The notes beneath the pieces are model-generated. The model saw nothing but the letters and a program-made list of their open reading frames with translations. It did not search any database and was not told the DNA's origin. Position numbers and translations under genes: made by a program. From Proteromonas lacertae (Eukaryota), in NCBI GenBank assembly GCA_002245135.1, contig NGBS01000301.1:62001-126000 (forward strand): a stretch of DNA of 64,000 nucleotides, given 5' to 3'. Below, piece after piece: positions 55,568 to 64,000 of this stretch (its first letter is position 1; each line of letters begins with the position of its first letter).

Positions 55568-57221
55568 ATGAGATATTTGAGTATAATTATATCTAAAAAT
55601 ATTATTAAAAGACATAATTGTGATTATTTTATTGATTGGATTGGCTTTCGCAAGAGTAATCCCAGAGAAACGTAAATTTGTGTCAAATGTTGTTGATAAA
55701 GCTGTAGCTGATTTAAAAAGCAAAATTAAAGATGCTAAACTAGCTGAAATATTTGAAAATGCTTACCCAAATACACTTGATACAACAATCTATAGTTTTA
55801 AAGTATTTGTGAAATTTTATTATATTATTCAATAGTATTCAAACAGAAGTATCACTGGTAAAACAGATACCTTTGTTGTAACAGGCGATATACATGCAAT
55901 GTGGTTAAGAGACAGTTGTAATCAAGTTCTTCCTTATTTTCGTTTTGTAAATGAAGATTCAGAGCTAAAAGAGATGTTAAAAGGTGTTTTAAACAGACAA
56001 GTATTGATAATTCAATAATTTCATTTTAGATTTACAGTGTGAAGTTAGATCCATATGCCAATGCATTTAATTATGATTCAACAGGTCATCCAGATTCTCA
56101 TAAATCAGATTCTACCTCAAAACCCGATTATTTAGATTCAAGAACAAATGCAATGATAAACGAAATATTCGAAAGAAAATACGAAATAGATTCATTAGCA
56201 GCAATGTTAAAACTATCATATGCGTATTATAAAAACACAAAGGATCTATCTCCCTTTGATTCTGATTGGATAATTGCAGTAAATAATATAATTGAAGTGA
56301 TTAAAGATATGCAACAAGAAACAATACCAGGAGTAAAATTCAATTATTTCTTCCAAAGAGAATCAACACAACCAACAGAATCATTACAAAATGGATTTGG
56401 TTTTCCAGGTAAAAAGACCAATTTAGTATTATAATTAATTATTATTATTATTTGTTTATTTATAGAGTAGAAGTAGTTTTAGACCATCAGATGATGCTTG
56501 CACATTTCCATACTTTATTCCTGGTAATGCAATGATGGTAGTTGAATTAAGACATGCTTCTGAAATATTATTAAAAATTAAAGTATAAAAATGATAATAT
56601 TTATTATCTATAATAGAGAGATGATATTAGTAATGTTGTACTACAACTAGCCAATGATATTGAAGCAGCTATCTATCAATATGGAATAAGAAAAGACTCA
56701 GATTTTGGTGAGATATTAACCTATGAAGTAAATGGCTATGGAAGTGATTATTTTATGGATGATGCAAATATTCCTTCATTACTCAGTTTACCTTATATTG
56801 GATTTATTGATTATAATAATACATTGTACAAAAGAACTAGACAAGCTGTTTTATCCAATAAGAATCCATATTTCTTTAAGAATGATAATGTTGAAGGAAC
56901 TGGTGGTCCTCATAATGGATTGGGATGGATATGGCCTATGTCTATTATTATACGTATTATGACTACTGATGTATTGATATTATTATTATTATTGTAATAT
57001 TAGGATGAAGCTGAAATAATGAAGTGTTTAGAAATGTTAAAAGTTTCTGCAGTTAATAATTATATTCATGAAAGTTTTTGGTTTGTATATTTATATATTA
57101 TTATTATTATTAGACTAATCCAGGAAGTATTACGAGACCATGGTTTGCATGGGCAAATAGTTTATTTGGTGAAATGATTTTTGATTTAGCTGAAAAACAT
57201 CCCAATTTGATATTAAAATGA
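55568..57221 (+). CDS. Glycoside hydrolase family 125 (exo-alpha-1,6-mannosidase-like), secreted
   Basis: FENAYPNTLDTT, VTGDIHAMWLRDS, DPYANAF, ERKYEIDSL, FRPSDDAC, MDDANIPSLLSLPY and TRPWFAWANSLF motifs; signal peptide. Confidence 0.92.
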
Positions 57222-57334
57222 GTATTTAATACATAATACTCTAGTAATTAACAATAATTATATATATATTGTTTTTTTATTTAGTTATATACTCTAACAA
57301 ACAAAATGTGAATAGATATAATAAAATAAATCAG

Positions 57335-57680
57335 TTACTGCTTATTTTGTTCAGCATTGCGATATCTTTGAGCAGTTTCATAATGCAATCCGTGGAATCC
57401 AAAATCTGGTTGATGAACAAAGTCATAATACTGTTTCACCAAGTCTTTACACATTTCATGATGGTTAACACCTAAATTGAAATATAATAACCACAATACC
57501 TTCCTTAAGAAAACATTCAGATATACGCTCTTGCATTATTTTAGCTTTCTCAATTTGTACGAATTTTTCTCTTGTTCTCATGCCAACTGCATCGAAATAC
57601 TGCATTGGGTCAGATTTATCAATGTGACCATCAGGTAGAACCTTAAAATCTTCAACGTAGTCAAAATGGACGTCTGACAT
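57335..57680 (-). CDS. NDUFB10: Complex I subunit NDUFB10 (PDSW)-like
   Basis: REKFVQIEKAKIMQERISECFLKEGVNHHEMCKDLVKQY after removing one short intron. Confidence 0.85.
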
Positions 57681-57962
57681 AGCAATCTATAAAATAAAAT
57701 ATATAATAATCATTATAATAACAATTGTGATTTTTTAAAATCACAGTAGAGCATATAAAAATGAAAAAGAAACATACAAAACTTGATAATGACAAACCAA
57801 GAATCAAGCTTTTTATTTTCTTTATTATCTTCGTATTTATGAACATTAAGATAGCATAATCATATAGTACATATTACTAGCTTAATTATATGTAATTCAA
57901 TTCATTTTCAATCAAAAATATGGAATATTGGAAATAAAATACAAACTTATTAAATATTAAAC

Positions 57963-58972
57963 TTAAAAATAATAAGATGCAAAAGTCAAATAACTGGTAT
58001 GACCTTTAGTCTTTGGCTCAGGCTGACATAAATAGGGTTTAGCTTTCCAATAACTTTTTCCAATCACTGGCTCATTAGGCGATTTTAGAGGAGACTGAAG
58101 TGATTTTGTTGTAGTTAAACTTCCTGTAGTTACTTTAAATGGTTTTGTCAATACTTCAACAGTATGAGTCACTATAATGAGTTAATAGATTAAGTATACG
58201 AGTGAATCCAAGTGAATTTATTGTTTTTACATTATTCTGTACTTGTTCAATACAAGGCGAAAAAGTACAAATCTTACCTCCATTCTTCAATACCTTCTTT
58301 GCATGCTCTATTGCTATCCATGGTCTAGGCAAATCAAGAAAAACCGCATCCACTTGTAACCCATCAGGAAAACCGTTACTACAAACATCTCTGTGTTCTA
58401 CTATTATTCTGTCGGAAAGACCATTTTTATTAAACTCTTCTCTACAAAAATTATATCAAATAAAATATACTTTGCTGCATTGGCTCTCATTTCATTGAAT
58501 TCGAATGTAAACACCTTACCAAGCGTTCCTACACAATCAGCAAAATGTGTAGTCAATGAGCCTGTTCCAGTACCTAATAATAATAAACATAAATCTATAC
58601 CAGCTTCACAAATAGTCTTGCCTTGCGATAATTCAAGTTCTAAACAGATATAACTTGCATCCATATTATAAATAATTTGTGTTCTGTGAGGCAGAGACAT
58701 AGTCCATAGCTCTGGAGATGGTTTTAACATGTATAACCAACCAGATCTACTCTTTTCTGTACTTCTGGATTTTATCTTTTAAAATTTATATAAAAATGTA
58801 TGCTAATACTATAGAACCATATTCTTTCCCTATCATATCATCGTGGTGAAAATGACCATATCTATTGTTATATATTTCACCTTTTGTAATATAGATTGGA
58901 TTTATTGAGTCATGATTTTCATAAAGCAATACTAAGTCACCTTCTTCTATAAGTCTAGTGATTAGAATTCAT
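57963..58972 (-). CDS. TRM61: tRNA m1A58 methyltransferase catalytic subunit
   Basis: PELWTMSLPHRTQIIY, EAGTGTGSL, DAVFLDLPRPW, FSPCIEQV and GHTSYLTFA motifs; start uncertain because of an apparent 1-nt insertion near 58962. Confidence 0.92.
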
Positions 58973-59013
58973 AAAAATTATATTTCTCAAGCCAAGTTTA
59001 TTTATTTTTAAAA

Positions 59014-59772
59014 ATGAAAGAAGAAAAGTTATCTGATGATCCATTGATTGAAAAAGGTGATGTGACCAATTTGTTAAGACTAGAAGAAGGTAACAGAGAG
59101 AATTTTGAACCCACAGTAAACACATTTTTTGGTGTACCATATAAAACAGGTAATTAAAATTCATATAATATCTATAGGTGGATATCTTGGTGGATATAAA
59201 CTATTTAAAGGATCATTAAATATGAGAACTTTACCTAGATTGGTGTTGATAGGTCCAGATTGGCAAATGGGTATTGTATTAGCATTAGTATTTGGTTTTT
59301 ATAACCTAGCTGCACTTGTATTAGCGTATTTTATATGTTATTTATTTATCGTCATTAGAATCATTGCTTTTGGTGTATATGGATTATTTCCACTTTTGCC
59401 ACTATCAATAGCAGTTTATACATATTTATTAGTATATACAAGTGAACCTGGAATAATACCAAAGAATCTAACAGAGACTCAAATTAGAGATAAATTTCCA
59501 GATGCTACTGCCTTCTATGTATGTCATACATGTAATATAATTGTACCAAGAAACGCTTATCATTGTCCTACATGTAGGGTATGTGTAGCTGATGTATATA
59601 TTATTGATTATTATTTATTTAGATGGATCATCACTGTCCATGGGTTGGTAAATGTGTTGGTAAGAAAAATATGATATTCTTTTGGTCGTTTTTAATTGGA
59701 AGTATGTTTGATTTGATGTTAACAACAGTAACAGTATGTGCAAGTTTAGTTAAAATCGTATCTCATTTTTAA
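59014..59772 (+). CDS. DHHC palmitoyltransferase
   Basis: [29 protein letters not shown] and spliced [15 protein letters not shown] motifs. Confidence 0.9.
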
Positions 59773-59860
59773 TCTTCTACTTACATCTATTTAATTATTA
59801 TATGTTTATTTTAAGTTGTATTTTAGCCTAAACAAAACAATTAATTTAATATAATATTAC

Positions 59861-62800
59861 TTAGAAGTCATAATCAACAATTAATGAATCATCACTATAA
59901 ATACAATAATAAATATATTATTAATATACAATGTAGATGCTCTGCTTCGTGTATATATTGTATATCTACTCTTAGTAGATGTAAACATTGCCAAACAGAA
60001 ATTCAAAAACTTTGCTGCCTTTGGTGAAAATGTCATTTTATTTACTTCTACATCTGGTTGTTCACCATAAGTTATCTAATAAATATACAATAATATATAT
60101 AATATTATACATTAGTTAATTTGATAGTATCAATAATTGTTGATCCCAATATAAACAAGGATATTAAAATAACCCAAACGGTAGTTCTAATACAATATAA
60201 CATATAATTTATATATATACAAAGTAATCATTTCTACATTATGAGTTGGGAATATAATAGATAATGAATAAGCAATAGCTCCTCTCAATCCACTATGAAT
60301 CATTACAACTTGGTAATTACTAGGAACTCGAGGATTTTTCTGTCTAAAATTCAAGAAATATGATAAAATAATGATCATAAAAAACCTTACAACTAATAGA
60401 ACAGCAAAAACATATAAAATCCAAAGTATTGGTATATTACTAGTATCAAAGGTCAATGCAATATTTTGTCCAATTTGGAAAAATATTAACATTTCACACA
60501 TATGTGCAACAATATGAGTACTGTCTTTAGAGAAATTAACTGAAGCGTCATCCATTGATTTTGTAGCAAAATATTGCATAGACAAACCACAAAACACTGA
60601 CGATGTAATACCACTTAAAGTTAAACTTTCACAAACGCAGTAAGACATATACGAACATAAGAATACAACCAATGCGTCTAAAACAGGAGCATGAAATTTG
60701 CAAACTTTCAAAACAAAAGATGCAAAAATTCCACAAATAATACCAATTAGAGTTGATCCAACAATCATAATCATAAAAAAACAAATACTCCAAACTACAG
60801 CACCAGTTGTAATAACTTTAGATATGAATTGGCTGCATGTTTTGAATAAAACAATTGCTACAGCATCATTCAATACACTTTCACCATAAACATAAGTATT
60901 AAGTAATGGTTCAACTCTAAGTGATGAAAATAAGGCTAAAACTGAGACAGGATCTGTAGCTGAGACAATTGAACCATAAGTAATACATTCAATATTTGAC
61001 CATCTAAAGTCAAACCAATTGTAGTTAAAACCTAAAATTAAAAATCCTCCAACAGCAAATGCAGTAAAAACAGAACCAATAGCAGCAAATACGAAGATTG
61101 TACCAAAATACCTTAAGAATAATGCTTTAGCAGTCATATTATAACCAGATTCAAATATAATAATAGGTAAAAGTACCAACGAAAAGAATTCTTTATCAAA
61201 TAGAGCATTTTCTATTAATTCCTCAGTGAAACCTAATCTGAATATAACACCAGCAATTATTCCAATCACAACAGTAGATGAAGTCTCAGGGAAATGCATA
61301 ATATTATATTTCTCAATAAATGTACCACAAACTATACAAATAACTAAAAACATTAATTCTATAAAGTAAAACCTATTTCCATTAAATATATAAACATATA
61401 ATATTAAATAAATATACATTGCTTCTGTTGATGCTTCTCCTACTGGTTCATCATCTGGAATATCAGTTGTACCATCACTAAAATAGGGATTTATATCTAA
61501 TTTAAATGTCTTGTTGGATGTAAATGAACCAATATTGATTAATTGATCATTCTATATATATAATATAATGTTATATATATATATATATATGATAATTATA
61601 CATGATAATTTTGATAAATATATCTCCAATCTATTCTATCATATTTCTTATCAACTCGAATATGTCCTGTTTGTCCTTCAAATGAGACTTGTCTACTGTA
61701 TTGCAATAATTCAGAACGATTTTTACTAAATAAGTATAACTAAATATTTATACTAAATATCAATATTTTTATCAAGCATAATAGTCAATGTTTCACCAAT
61801 AAAGTAAATACTATCATATGCATATGCAGCAGACATAACAATATCATTTTCTTCAAATGATAACTCATGTCTACATTTATCTTCAATCTTCTTCACTACA
61901 TCTTCATGATTCTTCTTAAATTCTCTAAATTTCTTTGCTAATTTGCTCATATCTCCAGGATCAGGTAATACACCAACTGCACCATTCATTGCATTCTTTA
62001 CAGTATCTCTATATTCAGTTGGTAATAAATAATAAGTTTCTGAACTTAGCCAATCTGTGGAAATCCATACCCATCCTTTACCTATCATATGAAGCTTGGA
62101 GGCTCGATATAATACAGCACTAGCTTGTACAAAGTAAGTATATAATACAATGACTCTAAAACCACGGGATTTGATGTTTTCTAAGGCTTTATCTATTGCT
62201 AATTCATCCATCTCTGAGAGTGGTAATTTGATATTGTAATTGACACTTTGCTTTAATACAGTCTATTGATAAAAATTATATATATATAAAGATACAAATT
62301 CTTCATATAGTCCTTCTTCTTCTAGTGCTGAAGCAATATCATCTCTCCCTGATAAGCCATAAATATCATTCTGATAAATCAATCCAATATTATTCCAATC
62401 ATAATTCTTCAATAATGCTACTAATGCTTCAGATCTGTATTTATCAGATGGATTTACTCTACCAAAGTGTGGGTAAGCTGTTGTATCTGATAATGAAGAG
62501 GAGGTTGATGAATAATCAATTTGATTAATATCATCTACTGAACATCTTACTTGAATAACTCGACTGAGTTCACTTGTACCAGGTCCAAAAACTCCAGAAA
62601 TGCTAGATGATGATAGAAGTGATGTTAAAGTGGTCAAACAATTATATCTATAAATTTTGATTGACATATTGCATACTCATCATTCTTACAATCTCCAATT
62701 ATTAGATTGAATGTATTATTCCCCATTATATCCTCATTGTGGTTGATTTCTTCAACTGCAATCTAAACAAACGTTACAACATGATTTTATTAATACTTCA

Positions 62801-62971
62801 GATGCAATGAAATTATAACTACCTTCTGTACACCATGTATTAGTTGCATTGGTAATTGATTCAAGATTAAACAAACCGACTAGAAAATAATAAACATGTG
62901 AATTTACTCAGATTGATAGCTTCTTCTGACAAACAACTGACAATAAATACAAATAGGATAACCAAAAACAT
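59861..62971 (-). CDS. Fusion of an ANF-receptor/Venus-flytrap ligand-binding domain to a CPA1 Na+/H+ exchanger
   Basis: Signal peptide; VFT motifs (IAVEEIN, VFGPGTS, SSTSSSLSDTTAYPHFGRVNPSD, YDWNNIGLIY, GWVWI, AAYAYDS); continuous frame through FSDGTTDIPDD into NHE motifs (LLPIIIFESGY, SATDPVSV, GESVLNDAV, SGLRGAIA). Confidence 0.85.
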
Positions 62972-63034
62972 AGTTTTTAGATTTCAAGCTTAATCAAGCT
63001 ATCATATTTTTTGTATTTCATCTCACATATTAAA

Positions 63035-63467
63035 ATGAATTCTGTTGGACAAGTTCTTACAGATTTTGCTATAAAAGTATGCTTTATTGTCTGATTTGAA
63101 TTTAGCATCCAGTTTATATGACAGCTTTTTCACTCATCTTGTTCTATGTAGTTCATTTTGTTGTCCAATTCATGTTAGTGATGTTTGTATTTATTATTTA
63201 GTATTATTTTTGCATAGTTTGGTAAAATGGAAGAACCTAAGGTATTAAGGATATATTTTAGTGTTTTAGGTAGAAGAAGAGGAAATACCTGGCTCTCCCG
63301 AATCAAGCGATGATAGTGTAAAAGAAGCTGAATTAAAAAAACACGATCCAGAGAATGAAAAGTCTACTCCCACAAATGATAGTGATGCTAAGTCTAATGA
63401 AACAGATGTAACTCCAACTTCTTCTAATAAAGGATTAAAAAAGAGAAGAAGATTAGATGACGACTAA
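63035..63467 (+). CDS. Small single-pass membrane protein with acidic tail and basic C-terminus
   Basis: Four exons splice to MNSVGQVLTDFAIKHPVYMTAFSLILFYVVHFVVQFMLFG...KGLKKRRRLDDD*. Confidence 0.6.
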
Positions 63468-64000
63468 GAAATAATATTTATAGTTAATATATTTTTCTTG
63501 CTTAATGAGTTGTTATTTGTTGTATTCAGCCAAAAAAATTAAGTGGAAAATGCTCATTCGTGTGATTAGCATTATTATTCCTATTTTGCATAAAACTCGG
63601 TATTTCCTCTTCATTTAGCTAAAAAGTTTTATATTTAATAATAAATGATACATCTAAAGAAAATGACAAAATACATTCAAAAGAATAAATAATTACTATA
63701 TAAAGGATGGCGCCAAAACAAAATGGATTTATTGGATGATGGAATGTGGCTTGTCATTACAATTGAATCTAAGAAATGATTGGCTAATGAAATCAAAAGC
63801 AATCTACCAATACTTCGTTTCCTCATTCCATTTTTCATTTTCACACATTATGACCATTGATTATGATACTAACTTTTTTGCTCGTGAAGATCCAAACCAT
63901 ATTCATGTGATATTAGAGTTTAGAACTCGCCCATGCATTATCAAAAAGATGAAAGGTTCTTGCGAGTTGCAACGCAAAACACAAATAGGCAAACAGTATG

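Noticed and set aside
63650..64000. Slightly GC-richer segment at the window end as a gene or transposon fragment
   Set aside because: All frames I read are interrupted and no motif is recognisable; cannot be supported without flanking sequence.

Overview
AT-rich, gene-dense eukaryotic DNA with many ~30-nt GT-AG introns and a TGTTTGTT motif downstream of several stop codons. This pattern suggests a Blastocystis-like stramenopile (inference; a flagellated opalozoan relative is not excluded). I can support about 25 spliced protein genes, one tRNA-Met, and a probable non-coding host transcript whose long introns carry two C/D and two H/ACA snoRNA candidates. Most notable: (1) a Venus-flytrap (class C GPCR/ANF receptor-type) ligand-binding domain fused in frame to a Na+/H+ exchanger; (2) a bacterial-type EVE domain inside a Myb/multi-PHD chromatin protein; (3) the intronic snoRNA cluster; (4) two single-pass surface proteins with a cytoplasmic PH domain; (5) mastigoneme- and CEP164-like genes; (6) a TCAAGC promoter-proximal motif. 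Several single-base frameshifts, mostly in homopolymers, look like assembly errors. Gene models were spliced by eye and family calls come from motif recognition, not database searches.
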